64,000 nucleotides of DNA from an uncultured candidate division Zixibacteria bacterium (GTDB lineage: Bacteria > Zixibacteria > MSB-5A5 > GN15 > PGXB01): the NCBI GenBank assembly GCA_963702205.1, contig OY969724.1, positions 3,584,001 through 3,648,000 on the forward strand. The letters are read 5' to 3'. The notes below the pieces were generated by a model. It was not told the origin of the DNA and made no database searches. It worked only from the letters and a program-made list of their open reading frames with translations. Made by a program: the position numbers and the translations under genes. Below, one piece after another: positions 17,195 to 30,769 of the stretch (its first letter is position 1; each line of letters opens with the position of its first letter).

Positions 17195-17982
17195 AGAACC
17201 ACCTCCCCGATTTCGTAGACCGGACCCTCGCGGCAGACGCGGGTATAACCGCCCGCGCGAAGAGTCCTTATACACCCCAGGCAGACTCCGATACCGCACG
17301 GCATCGGCGCTTCGAGCGAAAGCTGTCCGGGGATATTACGGGCGCGGCCGAGGTCATCGACCGCTTTCAGCATACCCTCAGGTCCGCAGGCGTACAAGCG
17401 GATGTTTCCGGCTTCGCGGTCTATGGCGTGCGCTATGGCCTCGGTGACAAGTCCTTTGAATCCGGAGGAACCATCGAGCGTGGCGGGGTATACTTTCACC
17501 CCGGTTTTGCGGATGCGGGTGATATCGACCAGATCGGTTCTCGTATTGCCGCCGTAGAAATATAAAATCTTTTTGGGATCGTACCCTTTTTCCACCATGC
17601 GTTTGGCGAGGAAATATATCGGCGGCATGCCGATGCCTCCCGCGGCCAGAACCTGAGTCTCGTTTTTTTTCGGCAAGACAAAGGAATTGCCGAGCGGGCC
17701 CAGAATATTCAGGGTGTCGCCATCGTGCAGCCGGGCCAGGAGGGTCGTGCCGCGCCCGAACACTTTGAAGATGATTTCAAATGACCCGTCTTTCGGGTTA
17801 ATATCGTACACCGAGAACGCCCGGCGGAAATAAATATTGGTGTCGGGAATTTTGAGATGAATGAACTGTCCCGGCTTTATATTTTCCACTTTCGGAAACG
17901 GCCCGACGGAAAACCGATAAAAGCCCTGACCCAAATGCTGCTTTTTCAATATGGACGTTGTCGCGACTTTTATCAAACTCAT
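17191..17982 (-). CDS. pyrK: Dihydroorotate dehydrogenase electron-transfer subunit
   Basis: PGQF, GPLGN, GGIG, CGP and the 2Fe-2S motif CGIGVCLGC...VC. Confidence 0.93.
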   Translation of the reverse strand: MSLIKVATTSILKKQHLGQGFYRFSVGPFPKVENIKPGQFIHLKIPDTNIYFRRAFSVYDINPKDGSFEIIFKVFGRGTTLLARLHDGDTLNILGPLGNSFVLPKKNETQVLAAGGIGMPPIYFLAKRMVEKGYDPKKILYFYGGNTRTDLVDITRIRKTGVKVYPATLDGSSGFKGLVTEAIAHAIDREAGNIRLYACGPEGMLKAVDDLGRARNIPGQLSLEAPMPCGIGVCLGCIRTLRAGGYTRVCREGPVYEIGEVVL

Positions 17983-20066
17983 TTAAGGCTCTCGGGCAGA
18001 GGGACAAAAAACTTGTATACAAACCAACTGTCAAACAACTCCGGTGGTATCCACCCCGTATTAAAATGTGAGGCGAGAACCGTCTCGGTAACTTCTTCGT
18101 TCAGTTCCGTCGACGGTGAAGGGTTCATCAAGCGCACATTGGTCACGTCACCGAATGCATCTATCTTGATCTGACAAACCATGTTACCTTCGAAATTCAA
18201 ATAGTACGCCGCCGGAGGATACCTGAATTCGCGATCGACCTTTATGGGTGCTTCCTGGGCGTCATAGATTTTATTACCATCGGTATCGATATAATATTTC
18301 TCTTCGACCGAAAGGGTACTTCCCTCGGTAGAGTCCGTAAACTGGGCGTTCGAGTCAAGTTCATTGGAGAAAATGGTATCCGACTCCTGATCCTGGCCGA
18401 CGATTTCGGTCCGGCGCGGAGCGCCTTTCAGCAGACCGCGAACTTCATTGGAAAATTCATTATTGGGAAAAGAATCCACGAAATCGGAGTAGGCGAAAAA
18501 TACGGAGGAGTCGCCCGGATTATTGTACTTATCGGTCAGCCATATCAGGGCGTAGCGGGCCTGCAGATTAAGATCCGAATCGGGCAGGCTGTCCGCTATA
18601 AAATTAAGATAAAACCTGGCTGAATCCCACGTCAGCGAATCGAACATGTACTTTTCCGCCTGGTGATAATAATACGCCGCGTAGCCGGTGTCGGCAACGG
18701 TTCCCGACAGCCCGAGCTGATCGATAACGGTGGGGATATAATCCGAACGCGGGTAATGCCTGAGTATCGAACGCAGGCTTGTATCAAAGGTCAGCGTGTC
18801 ATCGTAGTAGTCGCGGTAAATATAGGCTATGGCGGCCTTGGCCTCGGGCGCGGCCTGGGTTTCGGGGAATTTATCGAGGATAATCTGAAATTCTTCGAGG
18901 GCCGAATCCGGTTTGTCCAGCTGGGTAAGATACAGCTCGCCGAGAAGGTACTGAGTGTGCGCCGCGTTTTCGTAATCATCGCTCGTGGCGGTGGAATCGA
19001 GTCCGAGGCTTTTGGAATATTCCTCGAGTTTTCCGATATCGGTCGAGCGCTGAAGCGCTGCCTGACCGATGTCGCCTCCGGCGCGTTTGGCCTTGTCGTA
19101 ATATTCTTTGGCCTTTTTATAATCCTCATAGTCCGTTTGATAGATCAGCCCGAGGTTAAAATTAGCCTGCGCGGCCTCGGCGCTGCGGGGGCTTTCGACC
19201 ACGACCTGATCGTACGTGGCTTCGGCCAGAAGCAGGTCGCCATCCATTTCATAGCCCTGCGCGATTCTCATCTTAACCGGCGCCAGGCTGTCAAAAAACA
19301 GTTCGTCGCCGGCCAGGTTTTCGAATTTCTCCAAACCCGACTCGGTATCACCGAGGAAATAATAGCACCGGCCCATTTTGAAAGTTGCCTCGTAGATGAG
19401 TTTATTGTTCGGCTTCATATCGAGAACCTTCTGATAGTCCGCGATCGCCTTGGTATAATTGAACCGATTCATATTTCCGTCCGCGATATACATTTGCGCT
19501 TCGGGTTTGACGGTTTCATCGCCCAGCGAATCGATCAAAGATTGGAAATACGTGGCGGCGCTATCGTAGTTTTTTTGTTCGAAATAATACTCCCCGAGAG
19601 CCAGCGCGGCTTCGGCTTTGACGTCCTTCTCTTCGCTTTCATGGTACAGTTCCTCAAACAGATCCATGGCCGTGGCGACTTCATCCAGCTTCAGTTTCGT
19701 CTTCGCCAGGTACACTCGCGATTCTTTATAATATTTGGATTTGGGAAAATTGGCCAGAATCTCGCGAAACCTTCGTTCCGCGCGGACATAGTTCTCGGTG
19801 TAATAATTTGAAACACCGTTGATGAACAAGGCATCGTCGTACCATTTCGAATTGGGGTGGTTGTCGATAACTTTGTTGGATTTATCGATGGCCGTCGTGT
19901 AGTACGTCGCCAACCCTCGGGTGGTCTGGCCCCGTTCGAGATGTTTGCGTTTGGATTCGGCTTCGTTGAACGCTTTACGGGCGTGATAAAACATATTGTA
20001 ATAGACGCACCCGGACAACGCGAGCGCAACAATGATCAGGATTAATATTATTTTATGCCGTTTCAT
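17979..20066 (-). CDS. TPR lipoprotein with C-terminal TonB-C-like domain
   Basis: Start MKRHK, lipobox LSGC, YYNMFY, many TPRs. C-terminus FRYPPAA...EGNMVCQIKIDAFGDVTNVRL. Confidence 0.75.
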   Translation of the reverse strand: MKRHKIILILIIVALALSGCVYYNMFYHARKAFNEAESKRKHLERGQTTRGLATYYTTAIDKSNKVIDNHPNSKWYDDALFINGVSNYYTENYVRAERRFREILANFPKSKYYKESRVYLAKTKLKLDEVATAMDLFEELYHESEEKDVKAEAALALGEYYFEQKNYDSAATYFQSLIDSLGDETVKPEAQMYIADGNMNRFNYTKAIADYQKVLDMKPNNKLIYEATFKMGRCYYFLGDTESGLEKFENLAGDELFFDSLAPVKMRIAQGYEMDGDLLLAEATYDQVVVESPRSAEAAQANFNLGLIYQTDYEDYKKAKEYYDKAKRAGGDIGQAALQRSTDIGKLEEYSKSLGLDSTATSDDYENAAHTQYLLGELYLTQLDKPDSALEEFQIILDKFPETQAAPEAKAAIAYIYRDYYDDTLTFDTSLRSILRHYPRSDYIPTVIDQLGLSGTVADTGYAAYYYHQAEKYMFDSLTWDSARFYLNFIADSLPDSDLNLQARYALIWLTDKYNNPGDSSVFFAYSDFVDSFPNNEFSNEVRGLLKGAPRRTEIVGQDQESDTIFSNELDSNAQFTDSTEGSTLSVEEKYYIDTDGNKIYDAQEAPIKVDREFRYPPAAYYLNFEGNMVCQIKIDAFGDVTNVRLMNPSPSTELNEEVTETVLASHFNTGWIPPELFDSWFVYKFFVPLPESLK

Positions 20067-20961
20067 TTTCCATGTACTGTATAAATCCGTTGGCCAGCCC
20101 GACCCGCTCAAAGGACTCAAACGCCGTCTTGAACTCATCCGGTGTTATCCGGCGGCTGATCAGAGTATCGCCCGGAGCCTTATAGGCCGGAAAATACTGG
20201 CTCATAAGAGATACGTAAACGTCAGGTGAGACTTCTTTCGCCAGGAATTCGAAAATTCCTTCGGAACCCGAGATTCCTCCCGGCAAAATCAGGTGGCGGA
20301 CAATCAGGCCTTTTTGGGCCATACCCCGGTCGTCGAGTTCCAGAAGGCCGACCTGACGAAACATTTCCGCTATGGCCGCACGATTGGTTTGTACGTAGTT
20401 TTCGCAACCGGAATACTTTTTAGCCGTTTTATCGTCGTTATATCGCATATCCGCCAGGTATATATCTATTATACCATCGAGCTGCTTCAATATCTCCAAT
20501 TTCTGATACCCCGAGCAATTATAAACTAAAGGGACGTTCAAGCCGTTGGTTTTGGCCTCGGCGACAGCCATAAGAATCATCGGCAACATATGATCGGGCG
20601 TCACGAAGTTAATATTATCGGCGCCACGTTTCTGGAGTTCCAGCATACGATCCGTCAGGCGTTCCACCGTGTAGGTATTGCCCGTATTGAGTTGGGAAAT
20701 CGGGTAGTTCTGACAGTACTTGCAGAAAAGCGAACAGCCGGAAAGAAAGACGGTCCCCGAGCCTCCTCCCCCGGACAGCGGCGGCTCCTCGCCGAAATGA
20801 AGATTGATGCTGGCGATACGCAGCTCGGCCGGAGACTTGCACTTTCCCGATGGATCGACAAAGCGATCGACGCCGCATTCATGGGGACACAGCGTGCACG
20901 CATGCATCGATTCGTACAGGCGCCGTCCCAGTGCCATTATTTCTTTGGGTGATTTTTTCAC
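20053..20961 (-). CDS. Radical SAM protein, PflX-like
   Basis: CTLCPHEC, HFGEEPPLSG, CSLFCKYC and LIVRHLILP. Confidence 0.88.
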   Translation of the reverse strand: MKKSPKEIMALGRRLYESMHACTLCPHECGVDRFVDPSGKCKSPAELRIASINLHFGEEPPLSGGGGSGTVFLSGCSLFCKYCQNYPISQLNTGNTYTVERLTDRMLELQKRGADNINFVTPDHMLPMILMAVAEAKTNGLNVPLVYNCSGYQKLEILKQLDGIIDIYLADMRYNDDKTAKKYSGCENYVQTNRAAIAEMFRQVGLLELDDRGMAQKGLIVRHLILPGGISGSEGIFEFLAKEVSPDVYVSLMSQYFPAYKAPGDTLISRRITPDEFKTAFESFERVGLANGFIQYMENETA

Positions 20962-21695
20962 TATTTTTTCAATTCATCCATAATTATCGGCAGAATCTCT
21001 CCCGAGCGACCATGAAGGCTGAAATCACAATATTCAGTCAGAGGGGTCGGTTCGAGGTTGATCTCGACCAGATAAGCGCCGTTGCGTTTGGCTGCCAGAG
21101 GCATCGACGCCGCCGGGTGTACGAGCGCCGACGTCCCGACCGAGAAAAACAACTGGGCTCGGCTGCAGGCGTCAAAGGCACCGTTGATGGCTTTTTCCGG
21201 CAGCATTTCTCCAAACCAGACGACGTCGGGCCGGATTCTGCCGCCGCAGTCGCACAGGGGCAGGGTGTTGTTTTCGAGCGATATTTTGCCTTCGTACGGC
21301 CGGTTGCAGCTAAAGCATTTATTGCGGGCGATGTTGCCGTGCAGTTCGAGGATATTTTTCGACCCGGCCCGGCGGTGAAGGCCATCGACATTTTGAGTAA
21401 TCAGCGTAAAATCCGGGTAATGCCGTTCCATTTCTACGAGGCTGTAGTGTCCCGAGTTAGGCTCGACATCGTTCATGAGCTCGCGTCGGTACAGGTACCA
21501 CTCCCAGACAAGGGACGGATTATCCATAAAAGCCTCGACCGTCGCCAGTTCTTCTGCCCGGAACTTTTTCCAGAGGCCGTCTTCTCCCCGAAAAGTCGGC
21601 ACCCCTGACTCGGCCGATATCCCGGCCCCGGTCAGCACGGCGACGCTTGACGACTTCTTCAGCGTCTTAATGAATTCATCGGATAACTCATACAT
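20961..21695 (-). CDS. cobB: NAD-dependent protein deacylase (sirtuin)
   Basis: TGAGISAESGVPTFRG, TQNVDGLH, RPDVVWFGE and GTS. Confidence 0.93.
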   Translation of the reverse strand: MYELSDEFIKTLKKSSSVAVLTGAGISAESGVPTFRGEDGLWKKFRAEELATVEAFMDNPSLVWEWYLYRRELMNDVEPNSGHYSLVEMERHYPDFTLITQNVDGLHRRAGSKNILELHGNIARNKCFSCNRPYEGKISLENNTLPLCDCGGRIRPDVVWFGEMLPEKAINGAFDACSRAQLFFSVGTSALVHPAASMPLAAKRNGAYLVEINLEPTPLTEYCDFSLHGRSGEILPIIMDELKK

Positions 21696-21772
21696 ATCCG
21701 GCTCAAAATATGAAAATTCTGCCAAACGGGAAACAGTTATTTATTTTTCTCGGATTTTATTATATTGAATCC

Positions 21773-23245
21773 ATGGACATAAAAAGGTTGTGCTTCACAA
21801 TCGCAGCTTTTCTTCTCGCGTTGTTCCTGATAGAAGTCTGCGCCAGAATAGCCGAAAAGACCGTCGGATCGGTTCATTTGACCTCGGTTCGTCAGCCGGG
21901 CTGGCAGACGGAATTTTTCAGCCACAGCATGGATTTCCACGAGCCGGACCCGAGGCTTTTGTGGCGGCACCGGGCCAATCTGGATAATCCCCTTATTCAA
22001 ACGAACTCGGACGGACTATTAGGCGGAGAAATCCCTGATGAAAAGGACGGCTTCGCGTTCAGGATTTTATTGCTGGGAGATTCATCGCCGGTCGGTCTCG
22101 GTTTGCAGATGCGCAATGAGGCTTTCGGTGAACAGCTCAAGTTTATGCTCGACCAGTATTTTGCAGGAACCAAAAGGGTGGAATTAATCAATGCCGCCGT
22201 CAGCGGTTATTCCAGCGAGCAGGTTCGGCGATTTATGGAACTTCGCGGGCTATCCTATAATCCTGATCTCGTAATTATCTATTGCGGCAATAATGATGCT
22301 TCGATCTCCGGTCAGTTTACCGACCGGCAATTGATGGAAAGCCAGCCTATTGCCCAGGCGAGGGATTTGTTCGGCAAGCTCGCCATATACCGCATCTTCA
22401 GATCGTGGCTCGGCGGCAGTTCCCGGACGGAAACGGAAGACCCGACGTCGCTGGCGGTGAGGGTATCGCCGGAGAGGTACTATCAAAATCTGGAAAGTAT
22501 CGCCGAGGCCTGTCGCGCAAATAATCTGCCATTGGTAGTCATCAAGCCCCCGGTTCCTCTGCTTTGGCCGGCCGGCTTACAATTCAAGATTTTCCGCCAC
22601 ATTACCGGAGACGACGGGCAGCCGATTTTCCCGAAGGCGCTGGCCGATATTCTCGGACGGGATATCAAATATTGCCTGAAAGAGGACAGCAATCAAACCA
22701 AAGACCGTTTCGCCCAGGTCGTTTTTGCATCGGCTTTCGATGCATTCGGGACACCGACCGAAACGATTGACGAAATGAAAACGGACCTTCAACACGACGG
22801 CGAGAATCCTCTTTTGGAAAATAATCTGGGTGTTTCCTATTGGGAGACAGAACAGTTCGACAGTGCTCGTGTCTACTTAAATATGGCGCGACGGGATTTT
22901 TGCCGCGAAAATCAGCCGGATGTTTGTCCTGCTGTCGTGGCCGCCGGGTCGCCTTTCTTATTCAATCAGGGCGTGAATTATCTTTCGATGGGCCATGAAA
23001 CCATGGCGGAAGTCCTGCTCGACTCGGCATTGCAGGCCGATTACTTTTCGCTGAGAATCAAACGGGAATATTGGGAGGCTGTCGATTCTGTCGGTCATCT
23101 CGACAATGTCACCGTAATCGATCTTCCTTCGATTTTCGAAGAAAGCGGCGGTGACTGCCTTTTTGTGGATCACTGCCATCCGACTTTGGAGGGGCATCGC
23201 CTGATCGCCCAGGCGCTTTTCAATGCCATCAGGAAAATAATCTGA
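21773..23245 (+). CDS. SGNH/GDSL hydrolase with N-terminal TM and internal TPR-like insert
   Basis: LLGDSS, NAAVSGYSS, CGNND and DHCHP. Confidence 0.85.
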   Translation: MDIKRLCFTIAAFLLALFLIEVCARIAEKTVGSVHLTSVRQPGWQTEFFSHSMDFHEPDPRLLWRHRANLDNPLIQTNSDGLLGGEIPDEKDGFAFRILLLGDSSPVGLGLQMRNEAFGEQLKFMLDQYFAGTKRVELINAAVSGYSSEQVRRFMELRGLSYNPDLVIIYCGNNDASISGQFTDRQLMESQPIAQARDLFGKLAIYRIFRSWLGGSSRTETEDPTSLAVRVSPERYYQNLESIAEACRANNLPLVVIKPPVPLLWPAGLQFKIFRHITGDDGQPIFPKALADILGRDIKYCLKEDSNQTKDRFAQVVFASAFDAFGTPTETIDEMKTDLQHDGENPLLENNLGVSYWETEQFDSARVYLNMARRDFCRENQPDVCPAVVAAGSPFLFNQGVNYLSMGHETMAEVLLDSALQADYFSLRIKREYWEAVDSVGHLDNVTVIDLPSIFEESGGDCLFVDHCHPTLEGHRLIAQALFNAIRKII

Positions 23246-23255
23246 TGAGATGATT

Positions 23256-25445
23256 TTATTCGATCGCCGCACGCTCCGAATGAGCCAGAAAGCGGGGCGG
23301 CAGGTTTTCGGTCTTGCCTGCGAAAAGCAGGATAGTCATCTCGATCGGCAGGCCCGCTTTCAAATCGACCGGGACAATCGACACCAGCGACGTGCCCTGA
23401 TAAACTTTTTCAAAACCGCTCTCGGATAATGACACGGTCAAAATCGGTGCCTGCCAGAGTTCGACCTTTTTATCGAACGCCAGCGCCGAAGAAACTCCGC
23501 GCCATTCATCGTGCAGAATCACGTTGCGGCATTCCGTAACGCCATTGACCGAATCGAGAAAACTCTCATCGCTTCTTTCACCGTTAAAGAGAACATACCG
23601 GTCGGCGGCGTGCCCGGCCTGGAAATTGAAATTGTTTTCGACCGCCAGACGAAGACTCCAAATGTCCTCATCGGGGGCGATAAGCTTATAATTAACCGAA
23701 ATGACATCCGATTGCGGCGAGAAGAAAAATCTTTTTTCCACGTTGAGATTTATGGGTCGGCCGTCGCGCCAGATATGCCCGTTGCGGGTCAGGGAGACGG
23801 AATTACTCTCTGATTGAGTCCGGCAGCGGTACGGCTCCAGAACGAAATCGCCTTCGTCGTGAAATTGTCCGCCCGCGAAACCGTGAAGATTGGAATCGCC
23901 GGACAGGAAATGATCGACAAAACAGCGGCGCGGGTACCAGTCGTCGACCAGCAGACGGTCGAGGCCGTCTTCTTTGGTCAGAACTAAATCGTGAATCGAG
24001 GCTGTTTCGCCGGCATCGGGCGGAACTTCTTCACCGGATTTGCGGGCTTTGGCCAGTTTACCGTGATAACCTTCGATCCGTCGGCGCAGCGTGTCGATTA
24101 GATTGAATTGCGCGTCATAGCTGTCCAGCTCGATCAAGGCTCCCCCGCGCGAGGGCTTGAAAAAAGCCGCGAATTTATCGGTACGGACTATCAATTCATC
24201 ATGGCCATCGCAGTCATAATCGACCAGCTGCGCTTGAATCCTGTCCCCGGTTTGAATCAGCAGTTTTTCCGCTTTGATAAGATTTTCGAAAATGGCCTGA
24301 CGTATATGCGGTAAGTACAGTCCGCCGAAAACTCCGTGCCAGTACGGGCAGTTACATTGCCCGGCATAGAGATAATGCCGTGCGGCGGGTACGATGTTAT
24401 TGTCCGGGCCGTGTTCGGCGATGTACTTATCGAGCAACTGCGAGACGGTCAGCATGCGCTTATGCATCTGGTTGCTTTCGTCGTACTTGGCCAGGAATCC
24501 GCGCCAGTGACCGCCTCGGACGAACCGTCCGAACCGTCCCAGAAGCCCACCGGCTTTCAGGTGGCTTTCGAATTCCTCGTATTCGATATAGGCTTTCGCG
24601 GGCAGCGACCAGTGCAGCATTTCGGCGTAGGACGCGCTCGGCAGAAAGGCCTGGCCCATCGATTTGGTCCGCGACGCCTCCCCCAGCGTACAGATTTCCA
24701 GCCACTCGTTATTCTGAGACAGCGCCTCGAAAAAATTTTCCAGCCAGCCGTCGTCGTAGCAATGCTTGTACGTGTCGGGCCAGACGCCGAATTTCTCGCC
24801 GTCGTCGGCATAAACGGCCAATCCCTCGGGATTGCGTTCGGCCTGGGCGCGAAGCTCGGCCATGACCTTGTCCACGGTTCCGAATGGAATCAGATAGCGA
24901 AGCTTTTTTTGTATTGGTAATAGAGTCAGCGGATGGCCTTCGTCTTCGGTGACAAAGACGCCGCGAAGGTTGTCCTGTTCGAACCCGGCGTACAGGAAGT
25001 GGGTGTCGTCGATGGGGATATAGCGCACCCCGGCCCGGTTCAAAATCTTCGGCAGCTGCGGTTCCCAGACGCGCTCGGTCAGCCACAAGCCTTCGGTATC
25101 GAAACTGAAATGATCGTGCAGGTAGCGCGTAAGCAGGGCAATCTGACCGGCTTTATCGGTATCGGGGATCGACGGCAGTATCGGCTCATAAAAACCGCCG
25201 GTCATGAGTTCGATCTGTCCGTTTTGCACCAGTTCCTTGACCAGATCAAAATATTCCGGGTGGTGGCGTTCCTGCCAGTCCCAGAGAATGCCGGATTGAT
25301 GCAGCGATAATTTTATATTGGGGTATTTTTTTACCAGTTCCAGAAACGGCCGGTAGGCGTGGAGATGTGCGTCTTCGAAGACGGCATCGAAATTCCCGAC
25401 CGGCTGATGGTTGTGCAAGCCGAGGGCCAGCTTGAATTTTGCCAT
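23256..25445 (-). CDS. GH57 alpha-amylase/4-alpha-glucanotransferase
   Basis: HNHQP, WLTERVW, DDGEKFG and YWHGVFGGLYLPH. Confidence 0.93.
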   Translation of the reverse strand: MAKFKLALGLHNHQPVGNFDAVFEDAHLHAYRPFLELVKKYPNIKLSLHQSGILWDWQERHHPEYFDLVKELVQNGQIELMTGGFYEPILPSIPDTDKAGQIALLTRYLHDHFSFDTEGLWLTERVWEPQLPKILNRAGVRYIPIDDTHFLYAGFEQDNLRGVFVTEDEGHPLTLLPIQKKLRYLIPFGTVDKVMAELRAQAERNPEGLAVYADDGEKFGVWPDTYKHCYDDGWLENFFEALSQNNEWLEICTLGEASRTKSMGQAFLPSASYAEMLHWSLPAKAYIEYEEFESHLKAGGLLGRFGRFVRGGHWRGFLAKYDESNQMHKRMLTVSQLLDKYIAEHGPDNNIVPAARHYLYAGQCNCPYWHGVFGGLYLPHIRQAIFENLIKAEKLLIQTGDRIQAQLVDYDCDGHDELIVRTDKFAAFFKPSRGGALIELDSYDAQFNLIDTLRRRIEGYHGKLAKARKSGEEVPPDAGETASIHDLVLTKEDGLDRLLVDDWYPRRCFVDHFLSGDSNLHGFAGGQFHDEGDFVLEPYRCRTQSESNSVSLTRNGHIWRDGRPINLNVEKRFFFSPQSDVISVNYKLIAPDEDIWSLRLAVENNFNFQAGHAADRYVLFNGERSDESFLDSVNGVTECRNVILHDEWRGVSSALAFDKKVELWQAPILTVSLSESGFEKVYQGTSLVSIVPVDLKAGLPIEMTILLFAGKTENLPPRFLAHSERAAIE

Positions 25446-26347
25446 TAAAACAACTCCACTGTCAAGTTGATATATTTGCGGGGATTGGCGCGAATATCGT
25501 TGATCAGATCATCGATATTGTCGGCCGTACGGCGCAGGTCGTCGTAAAGGCGGCGGTCATCGACCAGCATCTGCAGAGTGCCGTCACCGTTTTCCAGATT
25601 GTCGGCAAAGGATCGGGCGGTGGTGGCCACTTTTGACAAATCCGCCACGACCGAGTCGATACTGGCGACGGTATTATTGAGGCCGGTCATAATGGTGTCG
25701 ATTTTCTGGCCATTGGTGACGGCCAGATTGCGAAACGCCTGTGATGCTTTAAGGAAATTCTGGGCGCTTTGATCAAGTCTGTCTTTATTGCGGTCCATGT
25801 AGTCGGCCAGGGACTCTGTCACTCTCTCCATGTTGGATATTGTCGCCGAAAGTTTGCCGAGGTTGCTTTCGGACGCGATGGAATGTTTAAGCGACAGCAC
25901 CAGATTTCGCAGTTCGGTGATCATCTCGCCCATCATGCCCATGACTTCGGGTATGCCGGTATCATAGGAGCCTTTGATCGGATTGACCGGGTCCAGCGGG
26001 ACGTCGCTTTTGCCCTGGGTCACGGCGAGAAAGCGCTCGCCCATCAGGCCGATATTTTTGACTGTCGCGGTGGCGTCCTCTTTGAGATGAACGTCGCCGG
26101 AGACGGTAAATTCCACCAGGACGCCTTTATCCGTCAGGCTTAACTGCTGAATCTTGCCCTTGCGCAGACCGGAAATCATAACCGGGTCGCCTTTGGACAG
26201 GGAGCCGACTTCATCGAAAACGGCATAGACGTCGATATTCTCCTGCCCGTACCGATAGCCCTGAATCCAGAGGATTGTTGCGACAAAAATTATCAGACTG
26301 GATATAATAATCAGCCCGACTCTTATTTCTATGTTTTTGGCGGCCAT
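25445..26347 (-). CDS. MCE/MlaD family protein
   Basis: N-terminal TM, MCE domain (GSLSKGDPVMISG, GLMGERFL), helical tail ending NPRKY. Confidence 0.88.
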   Translation of the reverse strand: MAAKNIEIRVGLIIISSLIIFVATILWIQGYRYGQENIDVYAVFDEVGSLSKGDPVMISGLRKGKIQQLSLTDKGVLVEFTVSGDVHLKEDATATVKNIGLMGERFLAVTQGKSDVPLDPVNPIKGSYDTGIPEVMGMMGEMITELRNLVLSLKHSIASESNLGKLSATISNMERVTESLADYMDRNKDRLDQSAQNFLKASQAFRNLAVTNGQKIDTIMTGLNNTVASIDSVVADLSKVATTARSFADNLENGDGTLQMLVDDRRLYDDLRRTADNIDDLINDIRANPRKYINLTVELF

Positions 26348-26433
26348 AATTTTTGGTCTCTGTTCAATTATTCGACAATATTATTCAACAATTTATCCCT
26401 TCGAATAATTTAAACAACCTATAAAGCGATTTG

Positions 26434-27330
26434 TTAGAGGGAATTATAGATGGAAACATAGCTGTCGTAACGAAAGCGGAATATTTTTCCGGTTTTGACG
26501 GCCTCTTTGATGGCGCAATCCGGCTCGGGAATGTGACTGCAACCGGTGAAACGACATTTTCCCTCGAATTCGGCGAATTCGGGATAAAAACCGGCGACGT
26601 CGTCTTTTTCGACTTCCCACAGCCCGAGAACTTTTAAGCCGGGAGTATCGACCACAAAGCCGCCTTTGGGCAGTTCATAGAGCTGGACGCTGGTTGTGGT
26701 ATGGACGCCTTTGTCGGACGCTTCGGAAATATCTCCGACCCGTATGTTGACACCGGGCAAGAGACGATTGAGAATGGTCGATTTGCCGACGCCGCTGTGA
26801 CCGGCAAAAATAGTTATATGATCCGCGAGAGCTTTTTCTATCTGCACCATGCTTTTATCACCGGTCGCGGAAATGAGATATATGGGTATATCCAGTGATT
26901 GATATCCGGCCATAATTTCTTTTAATATTTCGGGATGATCGAGATCGGTTTTGTTGATCATTAACAGCGGCTCCAGATTGCCCAGACCGGCGGCGATAAG
27001 GAAACGATCGATCAGACCCGGCTTCAGCTCGGGGCTTTTGACGGATACAACAATCGCCAATTGATCGAGATTGGCGGCGATCACCTGTTTTTTCCGGGCC
27101 GAACCTTTGGCAGGGCGAAACAGCATCGACCGCCTCGGACCGACTTCCCGGATCATGCCCGTGGACTTATCGGATGTCTCGATTTTTACATGATCTCCGA
27201 CCGCCACCGGGGTGGTGGCATCGGCAGCGTGTTTAACCCGACCGCGAATTTCGCAGGTAAATTCGGTATTATCCGCCCGTACGATGAAAAATTTCCCGTG
27301 TGCTCTGACGACAATTCCCGAAAGAATCAT
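26434..27330 (-). CDS. rsgA: Ribosome small subunit-dependent GTPase A
   Basis: NKTD, GHSGVGKST, HTTT, DTPG and CRFTGCSHIPEPDC. Confidence 0.95.
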   Translation of the reverse strand: MILSGIVVRAHGKFFIVRADNTEFTCEIRGRVKHAADATTPVAVGDHVKIETSDKSTGMIREVGPRRSMLFRPAKGSARKKQVIAANLDQLAIVVSVKSPELKPGLIDRFLIAAGLGNLEPLLMINKTDLDHPEILKEIMAGYQSLDIPIYLISATGDKSMVQIEKALADHITIFAGHSGVGKSTILNRLLPGVNIRVGDISEASDKGVHTTTSVQLYELPKGGFVVDTPGLKVLGLWEVEKDDVAGFYPEFAEFEGKCRFTGCSHIPEPDCAIKEAVKTGKIFRFRYDSYVSIYNSL

Positions 27331-27345
27331 GCCGTCAGATCCTTG

Positions 27346-27549
27346 TTACTCCTCATCCAGATCGAATTCCTGATCCTGTTCCTCCTCATCGTCTTCTATT
27401 AGATCTTGCCAGTCGCTTACGTTGCCCTTTTTACCAGGCTTGACATCGCCTTTATCCGATTTCTGGCGACGCTGCAGTTTTTCACGAAATCCTCTGTCAC
27501 TCTCATCAAATTCATAATGCTTTTTGGATTTCTTGCGTTTCTTAAGCAC
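27346..27549 (-). CDS. Small charged hypothetical protein
   Basis: GTG start with RBS GGAGG, basic N-terminus and acidic C-terminus, upstream of rsgA. Confidence 0.6.
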   Translation of the reverse strand: MLKKRKKSKKHYEFDESDRGFREKLQRRQKSDKGDVKPGKKGNVSDWQDLIEDDEEEQDQEFDLDEE

Positions 27550-27811
27550 CTGAATTAAGCCTCCTGATGATGTTATAATGATTTAGTCCCGACAAGGTGA
27601 GCCTTCAATAATTATTCAATTTTCGGCAGCGGCCCGGGGCCGTTTTGAACTTCTACCCTTTCAAATAATTTTCGGAACTTTGCGCTATAAATGTACTCGC
27701 GGAATGAATTTTCCGCAACAAAATTATAAACCAGTGTTATAAAAACTATACGGTTGAAAGCGGCTCTTTAATCATATATATTCCCGCATACCGTTGAGAA
27801 AGGACCGAACG

Positions 27812-30761
<2,950 letters not shown>

Positions 30762-30769
<8 letters not shown>

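Noticed and set aside
18663..19811. Long antisense ORFs (18663..19811, 20850..21608, 28304..29176, 32564..33334, 34543..35574, 40413..41324, 55214..55942)
   Set aside because: They lie opposite well-supported genes and have no motifs. They are expected from GC-biased codon usage.
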